DNA from: Eledone cirrhosa
Taxonomy: Eukaryota
Direction of reading: 5' to 3'
NCBI GenBank assembly: GCA_964016885.1
Contig: OZ024751.1
Location: forward strand, 39,618,001 to 39,682,000
Length of the DNA stretch: 64,000 nt
The stretch's first letter is position 1. Each line of letters begins with the position of its first letter. Shown here in pieces: positions 1 to 37,220 of the stretch. Under the pieces are notes generated by a model, which saw only the letters and a list, made by a program, of their open reading frames with translations, made no database searches and was not told the DNA's origin. The translations under genes and the position numbers were made by a program.

Positions 1-731
1 TCTAATAGGATTCTGTCGGGTATTTGGGCGATGCGTTCAGGCTTCATTTGCACTACCAGCTCTATACCTGTTCCACTGAACGCATTGCCTGTGGTTTTCC
101 CAATGGAAATCACGTTGTTATTCACTGGATCGATGAAGCCAGCTATGAGCCAGCAGTAGTCCACATCTGGCATCATTGCATCCAGCCATATGCGTTGAGT
201 TCTTTTCCCCATATAAGATGGATAAAAGGTGAAATTTTTCGAACGAATCGGTGACAAAGCACATTTTTTTGCCGCCGATTCGTTCTTCATGATAATTGCT
301 AGGCTTCCATACAGTCTGTCTTTTCTTATGAAAGTGGTTTCATTAAGTACTTCTGTGAGTACTGTTTTGATATCTGCTTGAGAAGGCTGTTCAGGTTTTT
401 TTGTACTGTTGTTGATGGTCCGAAACTTGACCGTTCGGCTTTCAATGTCTTTGGTGAATTCTTGAGGCATTTTTACCGATAAAATACCATTCTCTCCTTC
501 ACTTATGTATTGTTTGGCGTCTGTGATCCTTCGTGCCACATCTGAAATATTTTCCGCTATATAAGTCAAAGATTTCTTTGTTTTCTGTGCAAATGAAATC
601 TTGTCGTATGCTTTGCTTTCTGATATGGTGTTATTTTCAAATGTTATTTTTGTGTTTGTTGTGTCTTTGTTTGTGTTATTAGTATTGTCATGCAATTTTT
701 CAAATTTTTTTTTTTCGTTGTTGGAATCCAT
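1..731 (-). CDS. ORF1 (gag/RRM-like) of a divergent Tx1/L1-clade non-LTR element, partial, runs off the left edge
   Basis: Hand translation is open from ATG at 731 to the edge: MDSNNEKKK...KISFAQK...RTVKFRTINN...FYPSYMGKRTQRIWL...GTGIELVVQ...IAQIPDRILL. It aligns with ORF1 at 20949-23078 (ISFAGI...TVTYRTV...LVPSYCGQKIVRVKL...GSSIEMLIQ...IEAIPDVIDF). Absent from the ORF track because it has no stop in the window. Confidence 0.8.
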   Translation of the reverse strand, partial: MDSNNEKKKFEKLHDNTNNTNKDTTNTKITFENNTISESKAYDKISFAQKTKKSLTYIAENISDVARRITDAKQYISEGENGILSVKMPQEFTKDIESRTVKFRTINNSTKKPEQPSQADIKTVLTEVLNETTFIRKDRLYGSLAIIMKNESAAKKCALSPIRSKNFTFYPSYMGKRTQRIWLDAMMPDVDYCWLIAGFIDPVNNNVISIGKTTGNAFSGTGIELVVQMKPERIAQIPDRILL

Positions 732-1135
732 GTCCAGATTTGTGTTTTCGTCATTTTTTTTCTCCGCAGATTCGTCTGTTTTTATTTTAATTTTTCCTTC
801 CTTCTCTATGACGTTAGTTGGGAAGGAAGGGGGGGACTAAAGCGTGCGAGCTTACAACTCTTACCGCTGTCCCCCCACCACTATTTTCGTTCGCTGCGTT
901 TAACATTTCTGTTAGACGATTGAAATTTTTTACACAAAATTTTTTTAAAACAGGTTTTTCACCACTAGGAGGGGTAAAGATGAGCTGACCCACCGCCTGA
1001 CAGTTCAGACGGAGGGTCAAGCTACACAATTGTATCAAAATTAAGTTTGAACTCACAAAATTTCCTCAATAAATTTGAACAAAACTTCTGTGCGAAGTGA
1101 ATGACATCCACACTGTAGAACAGACGACAGCTAGA
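1..1135 (-). mobile_element. 5' part of a second Tx1-like LINE family abutting a (GATA)n microsatellite
   Basis: ORF1 homology as above; unique sequence ends at the (GATA)n tract at about 1138-1200. The boundary is approximate. Confidence 0.6.
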
Positions 1136-1139
1136 TTAT

Positions 1140-1201
<62 letters not shown>

Positions 1202-1618
1202 GTACATATACATGTATAGATAGATGTACAAACACACACACACACACACACACACACTGAGAGAAAATATATTTAATGCTTTGTAACATAATTTTCATTT
1301 TGCTGTGTATGTGTCTGTATGTGTGTATGTGTGTGTATATGTGTATATGTGTATCTGTGTATGTCTGTATACGTGTGTGTATATGTGATACACAGATAAT
1401 ATTGACGTTATATAACCTTGGGGTCATATTGTGACCTTGATAACTTATTACGGGGACCGAGTTCTAGATATCTTGCATGTTTACATGTAATGATAGTATA
1501 TGATAATTTAGAATACACATTAAATATACATAGTACGTAAGTGTATAAAGTGGGTATATAGCAGCGCATAGATTAATAGATTAACTATACGTATATATAT
1601 ATATTTATATATATACCC

Positions 1619-1925
<307 letters not shown>

Positions 1926-1958
1926 TATCACAACTCGTGTGTTACACCTCTATTTTTT

Positions 1959-2018
<60 letters not shown>

Positions 2019-2106
2019 TGTATGTATGTATGAATATATATATATTTCGTTTCTGAATTTGTTTAGCAAGATTCTTTATCTGAAAACGTGTGTTGAAACC
2101 GATATT

Positions 2107-2332
2107 GTTATACTTTGGGAGGGTCATGTTGCCAATAAGAAACACACGCACCAAATGCTTTGACTTCAATTTATTATAAATTTCCGGTTGGTTGGCTGGT
2201 TCCCCAACCGGATGGTTGTTCAATCATCCGGTTGTGGAACCAACCAACGAACCGGAAATTTATAATAGATTGAAGTGAAAGCAGCTGGTGCGTGTCTTTC
2301 TTATTGGAAACATGACCCTCCCAAAGTATAAC
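2107..2332. repeat. ~225 bp imperfect palindrome (fold-back repeat); family member at 37217-37445
   Basis: GTTATACTTTGGGAGGGTCATG...CCGGATGGTTG tt CAATCATCCGG...CATGACCCTCCCAAAGTATAAC. Confidence 0.85.
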
Positions 2333-2336
2333 TATA

Positions 2337-2399
<63 letters not shown>

Positions 2400-2502
2400 T
2401 AGGGGAGTCTGAGCCAATCCTCTCCGAAATACACGTACCAGGTTGATACACAATAACAATCTAAGTACATGTGAACGAAACTTCATCGTGTTTTTAATAT
2501 AC

Positions 2503-2519
<17 letters not shown>

Positions 2520-2552
<33 letters not shown>

Positions 2553-3290
2553 GTTTATATATATCGACGATATATATGTATGAATGTATGAATTTATTAT
2601 AAACATATAACACTTATAGTTCTATATAAATATATACAGTATATGTAAAGTGTTGAGAAGTTTCATTATATATATATATAATGAAAATTCTCAACACTTA
2701 TCCTTACGGGGTCGATAAAATAAAGTACCAGTAATACACTGGCATAATTGCTGGCCTTGTGCCAAAAAGTAGAAACAATAATATATATATATATATAAAT
2801 ATATTATTTGGGGTAAAGATGCTTACCGTCGCATAGTTGGCCAGTCCCACCAGCAAAACGAGACACACACCGTTCAACATTATGTCAGCAATGACTGATT
2901 CTGATGTGAAAGTATTATATCAGTCTACGACCAGCGGGAGTGTTTCCTGTCCATGTTATTCGCTTGTTTTTCATTGGTGATAGCGTTAATAAAAATATGT
3001 CTCGCTTCTTGTTTGTTTCTTTCTCTCGAACCCATTCCATAACATTAATTTGAATCACATATCGTCCATGTCGAGGAACTGATGTCTTTCCGACTCTGAA
3101 TTGGCAGTATCGGTAGAGGGTCGGACATGCTTTCCTGCATAGTTACATACCTATACGATCTGAGTTCAAATCGCGCCGAGGTTAACTTTGCCTTTCATCC
3201 TTACGTGGTCGATAAAATAAAGTACCAGTAATGTGCTGCGTAATTGCTGGCCTGGTGCCAAAGGTAGAAACAATTATATTACAGTAACTA
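2520..3290. repeat. Remnant of a third duplication unit (paralog of ~34800-35390)
   Basis: Near identity with 34800-35390, e.g. GGGTAAAGATGCTTACCGTCGCATAGTTGG...TTTCCGACTCT and TTATATTACAGTAA. Confidence 0.85.
3100..3277 (+). mobile_element. tRNA-derived SINE (octopus-type, Nin/Deu-like core)
   Basis: A-box-like TGGCAGTATCGG, B-box GAGTTCAAATC, core GAGGTTAACTTTGCCTTTCATCCTT...GTCGATAAAATAAAGTACCAG, tail GCTGGCC...GTGCC; many copies in the window. Confidence 0.75.
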
Positions 3291-3714
3291 TTCTAGTTGA
3301 AGCAACTTTTCGTTGAACAACTTTTCCTCACACTTTATATCGAAACAACCGCTTGACAAAAATAATTTCTTATTCTAAACGAGATTTTATTGAAATTAGA
3401 GTTAAAACACGAGGCTAGGAAAACGGTGATTGAAACATAAGGACTATACTAGAATAAATAATATTTTTTAGTACACATTGGACATTTAAAATTATTTAAA
3501 GAACTGGGAGCCATTCTTGTTTCACATAAACTACCAACGTTTCTACATCAACTTATATTCAACTATAGATATAAACACATTTCTAAAGTTAACCTCGCAC
3601 CAACCATTTTGAGAAAAAATAGACCATTCCACTTTCACAAAGAATATAATTTTGAGATCTGTTTATTACATTATACCTCATTATAGTATATTATACATAT
3701 ATACACACACACAG

Positions 3715-3793
<79 letters not shown>

Positions 3794-3904
3794 AAATACC
3801 TACACCATACGTACACACATATATATACATGTGTCTGCGTGTGTGTATGCATGCATATAAATACATATATGTGTGTATGTGTAATACGTATTATGTTTCC
3901 TATT

Positions 3905-3946
<42 letters not shown>

Positions 3947-4026
3947 ATAATAATAAATATGAAGACTAAAATCCAAAGAGGGATCGAAATATATGACAAA
4001 TGTATAAGAACCCTAGAGCAATTATT

Positions 4027-4313
4027 TATTAAAATAACAGATTAAAGTTTAAGCAAAGAATCGGTGCTTTCACCCTAACGGGATCTTCTGAAACTAAAAA
4101 AAATCAATCTGTGAACGAAGAAGTAAATATTTCGAAAAACATTGCAACCGAAGGAAAACAGGAAAACGATACTTTGGTTCGTGAAGACGTTCCCTGGCAA
4201 TTAACGGAAAAAAGCGAAGATAATACGTCGTTATGTGGGGCAAAGTTTCAGAAGATCCCGTTAAGGGTGAAAGCAGCGATTCTTTGCTTAAACTTTAATC
4301 TGTTATTTTAATA
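4027..4313. repeat. Fold-back element with ~69 bp inverted arms (copy at ~41497-41784, solo arm at ~38367-38433)
   Basis: TATTAAAATAACAGATT...CTTCTGAAACT versus AGTTTCAGAAG...AATCTGTTATTTTAATA. Confidence 0.8.
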
Positions 4314-5227
4314 CATATATATATATATATAAGCTTCTTGTTTATAAAACGCTTGAAACTACATTATTTCAGTTTTGTGGAAGTCATAAATTGATTCAGA
4401 TGTAATAAAGAGATAAAATGTCTTGAAATTATATACACTTATTCAGCCAAGCAAGATTATTTAGATTCACAAAATCATACTCTATGCTTTTCAAGCCTTG
4501 GTGTGATCTAATAGTGTGATTTGATTGAAATACTTGACTCACAACTCAAATATTTGTCCACGGCTCAACCATCAGTCTGCACAGTCACAGCAGGCGATGT
4601 CAGTGACCAGACATAACTCCAGGTGCATTAAGCATGATCTCCCAAGATTGAGATGCTAAGGATGAAAGAATGTCTTAGCGCCTATTTTACACAAACAAGA
4701 CAATGTCCGGAAACGGGAATTTTAAAATTATGTATGATTTAACATCTACTTTGGTTGTGCTGAAAATGAATCATCTAACAACCACAGCAGCAAGGGAGCT
4801 TGGGCAATGTGGGACTTGCCAAGTTGAAAATTAGATTAACACAGAACTTTCGAGACTGGAGTCCTTTCACATACTTTTCCTCCTCCAATCAATATACGTC
4901 ACTCTTCCGACACCAACAAATTCCAGAGAATGTAGAGGGTGAGAGACAAGAAGTGAGGAAGAGATATGGAGGAAGAATTGACTCCAGTACTAAACTGGTA
5001 CCATTTTAAAACCTGGTGGAGTTCATCTCTTCTCCAGGTCTGAATACAGTAGATTTCTTCCACAGAGAGATATAGAGCAAAGAATGATAACAGCTAGACC
5101 CTTCAACAAACCTCAAATTTGCTGCGTTGTGCTACATATAACTCACCCAAAATGCAAATATATGTGTGCTCATATCCATCTTTTTCCGTTCAATGAGTTT
5201 ATATGCCCCATTATTAGACTATATTAT

Positions 5228-5400
5228 TGGCAGTATCGGTAGAGTGTTGGACGCCATGCTTTCTAGCATAGTTATGTCCCTTTACGGTCTGAGTTCAAAT
5301 CACGTCAAGGTTAACTTTGCCTTTCATCCTTACGGGGTCGATAAACTACACGTAATGTACTGAGTAATTGCTGGCCATGTGCCAAAAGTAGAAACAATTA
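5228..5400 (+). mobile_element. tRNA-derived SINE (paralog ~42700-42870)
   Basis: Same B-box, core and tail as 3100-3277. Confidence 0.7.
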
Positions 5401-5930
5401 TTAAGTCAATATTACGGCCAAGCTTCTAACTCTGTTTCAATTCTAAATTTCGCTCGCTGCGTTCCAAACACACTTTCTTTGATTAGATATAGCAAGTATA
5501 AATATAAAGAATGAGAACAATAAAAACAATAACAATAACACAGAGTAAAATATTTTTAGCGTGTTCTGAATAATTTATTCAAGGTAGTTTATCAAAAATA
5601 TCTTTGCCAATCAAGAGCTGAAATCAAACTCAGTTCTGCTTTAATTCCGGGTTATTGTTGCTCACAAATGGCTTCGTTGTTGTTTTATACGCTCATATCT
5701 GTTACACCGGTTGTAGAAATCAAGGCTATAAAGTCTAGTCAGATTTCGAAACATATATTGTTAATGTTATCTAAAGATAGATAGATAGATAGATGGATAG
5801 TTCGATTTGTGCCCGTGTTTTCCAGCCACATGCCATAAAGGCGATCATATAATTATTTTGGAAATTATAATACTTCGCAGTTCTTTTCCACAAAAAGGAC
5901 TGGGATCTGCCGTCGGGGTTATACATTTTG

Positions 5931-6031
<101 letters not shown>

Positions 6032-6125
6032 TATGTATACTAAGAGTGAGAAATGAAATTTCGTTTCATTTTTTCCATTTATACATATTTACACATATAT
6101 ATAGATATATATACACATATACACA

Positions 6126-6156
<31 letters not shown>

Positions 6157-6345
6157 CATATTTTTAAATATATATATAGGTGTGTCTGCGCTCTTGTATA
6201 TATGTATGTGTGTAGGTGTCACACGGTATTTTAGAGGTGAAATCATTATATCTGTTCATAGGGAAGAGTAAAATCTCACGTGTCATGTTGCTTCAACAAG
6301 CCGACGACATGCAGACGACATTGTCGATCGCAAGTATTCTATCAA

Positions 6346-32224
<25,879 letters not shown>

Positions 32225-32234
32225 CTAAAAGTAC

Positions 32235-32644
32235 ATTATGAAGAGAGAAGAAACATTTAGATATAATTAGTAATAAAATGTATCATACCTAAACTGCTTC
32301 TAGATTCCTCGACTACGTAGTTTCGTGGCATAAACAAAAACAATACATCATAGAGTATTTTTTTCGGGGTTATAAGGGGCTTAGCTCTGTTTCTTGACCG
32401 TTGTATCACGTGACTGTCTCCCCCTCCGCCTTTTGGGATTCTTTCTCACATCATATAGACGTGTTCTTGAGGCTAGTAAAACGAGGTATCCTCTTGATAA
32501 GTCGGCAGACCTCGCAAAGGCTCTATATCTCTATGATGTATTGTTTTTGTTTATGCCACGAAACTACGTAGTCGAGTAATCTAGAAGCAGTTTAGGTATG
32601 ATATATTTTATTACTAATTATATCTAAATGTTTCTTCTCTCTTC

Positions 32645-32649
<5 letters not shown>
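32235..32649 (+). mobile_element. Fold-back element (121 bp arms) containing a hammerhead-like motif; paralog 60925-61340
   Basis: 32235-32355 is the reverse complement of 32529-32649. Confidence 0.85.
32488..32580 (+). ncRNA. Putative type-I hammerhead ribozyme, U3-A8 core variant
   Basis: ATCCTC-TTGATAA-GTcGGCA...TGCCAC-GAAA-C TACGTA G-TC/GAG; palindromic stem III. Confidence 0.55.
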
Positions 32650-32699
<50 letters not shown>

Positions 32700-32922
32700 G
32701 AAATATAAGAATCAAAGAACAGTTCAAAACATTATTGTGCTTACAGCTTCTTATATTTCATATAACTGCTCTGTAAATCATCTGATGTTTTTACATTGAG
32801 CTACTTAACTTACTGGTAATAAGGTAGTAATACATTACTGCCTACCACTATTTAGGGTGTATGTAAAATACTTATAACTGCATAAGGTTTTGTATTTACA
32901 TAACCATAAATAGTATAACTAA

Positions 32923-32980
<58 letters not shown>

Positions 32981-32983
<3 letters not shown>

Positions 32984-33182
32984 AACAAGTATGACCCCGA
33001 CGACAGAGCTCAAGCCGTGTCGACGGTTGTTTCTGGACGGCTATAATTTCCAGAAATAGCCGTCGAAACGGCTTGAGCTCTGCCGTCGGGGTCATACTTG
33101 TTCCTATTACCCACTCTACTACCCTAAGTATTGAGTACTTTGGTGCGTTATGGTTCATCTGGTTCCTTACCACAATTCCTTC

Positions 33183-33188
<6 letters not shown>
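32981..33188 (+). mobile_element. Short (TA)n-embedded repeat with an inverted 5' duplication and the 3' half of a hammerhead; family also at ~29781-29900, 39230-39428, 43981-44030, 58413-58533, 61741-61948
   Basis: Arms 32981-33037 and 33049-33105; GACGGCTA/TAGCCGTC-GAAA-CGGC..GCCG-TC. Confidence 0.75.
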
Positions 33189-33271
<83 letters not shown>

Positions 33272-33393
33272 CTAAACTAACTTGTGGATTATTTAGCACT
33301 TGAAAACAATATATGTAAGCAGCGAGACTTCAAATGGAAGTCGGTGTTATAACGGTATGTCGAATCTATTTATCTATAAAACTGTTTATATTG

Positions 33394-33459
33394 TATTTTG
33401 TCTGAGGAAGGCATAGCATATTGTTAATATGATATCCCCGAAATATATATAATGAAATA
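33394..33459 (+). ncRNA. Degenerate type-I hammerhead ribozyme
   Basis: Stem I TATTTTGT/ATGAAATA, core CTGAGGA at 33402, stem II with CATATT-gtt-AATATG, GAAA at 33440, palindromic ATATATAT, UA cleavage at 33451. Confidence 0.6.
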
Positions 33460-33500
33460 AATATGGTTTTATAAATATAGTTTCCATTTATTTAATATTG

Positions 33501-33621
<121 letters not shown>

Positions 33622-33663
33622 CTGAAACACGTTATAAAATAAAAGAATAAAAGAATACCCCCC

Positions 33664-33696
<33 letters not shown>

Positions 33697-33879
33697 GTGT
33701 GTGTGTGTATTTATATATGTATATGTATATGTGTGTGTATATATATATATTCATTTATATATATATATATATTATATAACTTCATTGTATTGTATGGTTT
33801 CCTTTTGTTGTCTATTCGTTTACTATTCGAATATATATATATATACACGTGTGTGTATATACGTGTACATGTGTGTATA

Positions 33880-34083
33880 TATATGTGTGTAGATGTCTGT
33901 GGACGTGGGTATACATATATGTGTGTGTAGATGTTTGAGTACATGTATATATATATATATGTGTACATGTTTGTGTACATACGTGTATACATAAATTGTA
34001 CAAGTTTGTTTACATGTGTATATATAATTGTACATGTTTGTGTACATGTATATATATATACGTGTAGATGTTTGTGTACGTGG

Positions 34084-34123
<40 letters not shown>

Positions 34124-34245
34124 AGATGTTGTATACAGGTGTATATATATATATATGTGTAGATGTTTGTGTACGTGGATATATATATATATGTGTGTGT
34201 GTGTGTGTAGATGTTGTATACAGGTGTATATATATATATGTGTGT
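33880..34245. repeat. Irregular minisatellite (GTGTAGATGTTTGTGTAC... units); paralog ~63015-63385
   Basis: Direct reading. Confidence 0.7.
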
Positions 34246-34469
34246 AACTATAACCATATAAACTTCTTAATGAATCTGTACAAGTGTCTCTTCGCTTTCC
34301 GTAAGTAATGTTTAACATCCACATACATAGACATATATGTATTATTTCTTTCTCCTCCCCTCTCTCTCTCTCTCTTTCTCTCACACACTCTTTCTCTCTC
34401 TCTATATATATATATACATATATCTATCTATCTATATCTCCCTCTCTCTATATATATAGCTTACATTTG

Positions 34470-34521
<52 letters not shown>

Positions 34522-34542
34522 ATTTATATATATATATGTATA

Positions 34543-34611
<69 letters not shown>

Positions 34612-34630
34612 CAAAACATAAACAAACAAA

Positions 34631-34663
<33 letters not shown>

Positions 34664-34784
34664 ATGTAAAAATGTACAACTTGAAACTAATAGGAGGAAG
34701 TTAATCGAATTGAATAGAATATGTAAATAATATATCTGAAATATTAGTTGCGTTTTTTTTACTTTGTACAGTGTAGTGTATATT

Positions 34785-34823
<39 letters not shown>

Positions 34824-35509
34824 TAGTTTATATATATCGACGGTATGTTAATTTTGATAAGGGACATCGTTAATTTGGTTTGGAATTCCCCTGTTTTTTC
34901 TTAATATTTATGAATGTATAAATTTATGATAAACATATAACACATATAGTTCTATATAAATATCTATACAGTATATGTAAAGTGTTGAGAAGTTTCGTAC
35001 CAGTAATACACTGGATATTTGCTGGCCTTGTGCCTAAAGTAGAAACAATTATATATATATATATATATATTTATATATCATTTTGGGTAAAGATGCTTAC
35101 CGTCGCATAGTTGGCCAGTCCCACCAGCAAAACGAGACACACACCGTTCAACATTATGTCAGCAATGACTGATTCTGATGTGAAAGTATTATATCAGTCT
35201 ACGACCAGCGGGAGTGTTTCCTGTCCGTTTTATTCGCTTGTTTTTCATTGGTGATAGCGTTAATAAAAATATGTCTCGCTTCTTGTTTGTTTCTTTCTCT
35301 CGAACCCATACCATAACATTAATTTGAATCACATATCGTCCATGTCGAGGAACTGATGTCTTTCCGACTCTTATTATATTACAGTAAATATTCAAATATT
35401 AGAAACAACTTGTAAATAAAACAACATAGAAATATTTTATGTTGTGCTAAGTAAATACTTGTGAAAGGTGGTTGTTATTACACATAGAATGCATATATAC
35501 ATACATATG

Positions 35510-35540
<31 letters not shown>

Positions 35541-35546
35541 GAATAT

Positions 35547-35665
<119 letters not shown>

Positions 35666-35680
35666 TATACATATATACAT

Positions 35681-35753
<73 letters not shown>

Positions 35754-35882
35754 CATATATACATATCGATTACGACCTCCCACGCTATTATTTACTAGTA
35801 TGTAATAGTAATTTTAGAAATATTAGTATATATTTATATATTTTTAATATTCTATTTTTTTTAATACTGTGTTTTTGATTTC

Positions 35883-35971
<89 letters not shown>

Positions 35972-36549
35972 GGGGAGAGAGATAGAGAGAGAGAGAGAGG
36001 GAGACGGATAACTAGCAAGATAGATAGATAAATAGATAGATAGATACATATACATGTATACATGTATATATACATACACACACACATATATATATATATA
36101 TATGTGTATACATATATATGTATATATACATATATATATAGTGGCAGACTATCCAGGTTGCCAGGTTGCCCAATGGCAAGTGGGTCCCAGGGGGCCAACG
36201 GTAGCATAGCAAGGCCCACTGTACCATTTTAGGAGGAATACCTGAAATCTAAGAGAAGGAATTAAAAAAATGTTTAAATAAATAAAACAATGAAGCAAAG
36301 CATTTGGTCAACCAATTCCCAGGGAATTACTAGAAACCAAAATATACGATAGTGCAAATAGCAATCATTATAAGTTTGAATCTAACTGACATGCAAAAAC
36401 ATATATATAGGAATAAGGTAAGCCCAAATCATAGTAGATTCAAATATCACAGAGACAAAGAGAGTGAGGGGGGGGGGGAATAAGGGGGGGACAGAAATGA
36501 AACACGGATTACAAGTTACAATGTAATCTAGACAGATGAGAAAAAAACG

Positions 36550-37020
36550 GGGCAGCCAAATGATTTAGAAGTCGACCTTAAGTAGGAGCAATAACATTAA
36601 GAAAGACATGAATGACACGACAACACTTTGTTTTGAACATTTTGAAAGTAGGTTTATAAGTATGAATTTTCTTAAGATTTTCGAAGTTTTCTCTGAGGCC
36701 TAGCGGTAGGTACAGGAGATGGTGGTGATCCTGTCTTTGGATTCAATCCTGGTCAAGAGGTACATGTAACCTTTTTCAGTTTTTATTTTACAACCCATAG
36801 AAAAAAACTGAAAAGGTTTACCAGGAACCCTTCTCCCGGCCAGGATCACCACCGTCTATGATTCCTTCAACTAGGCCACCGAGACAGCTACAGAAGTATA
36901 ATGAAAATTGATAATTATAAAACTACTTTCAAAATCAAAGTTAAAAAGATATGGTGTCGTTCGTGGCTTTCCTAGAGCTATTAGTAATATTTAGGGTCGA
37001 CCTGTCAGTCATCTGGCTCT
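36550..37020. repeat. ~470 bp old, degenerate palindrome (fold-back or MITE-like)
   Basis: Nested complementary blocks: GTCGACCTTAAGTA/TATTTAGGGTCGAC, TTTTGAAAGTAG/CTACTTTCAAAA, GGCCTAG/CTAGGCC, GGTGGTGATCCTG/CAGGATCACCACC, ACCTTTTTCAGTTTTT/AAAAACTGAAAAGGT. Confidence 0.75.
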
Positions 37021-37123
37021 TTGGTAACAACCTTATTATTCCTATGTGTGTTTAACTGTTGAATTAATTTAATTTGATTATTTTAGCAAACAAATAATAT
37101 ATGTATATAAATATATATATATA

Positions 37124-37220
<97 letters not shown>

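Noticed and set aside
3100-3180. tRNA gene
   Set aside because: A/B-box-like motifs belong to a SINE head; no cloverleaf.
33880-34245. CRISPR-like repeat-spacer pattern
   Set aside because: Eukaryotic minisatellite with microsatellite spacers; no unique spacers or cas genes.
36141-36243. Alternative first exon for gene A (MVQWALLCY... after a tttcag acceptor)
   Set aside because: No clear donor before it runs into (TA)n and a poor signal peptide; cannot be supported without transcripts.
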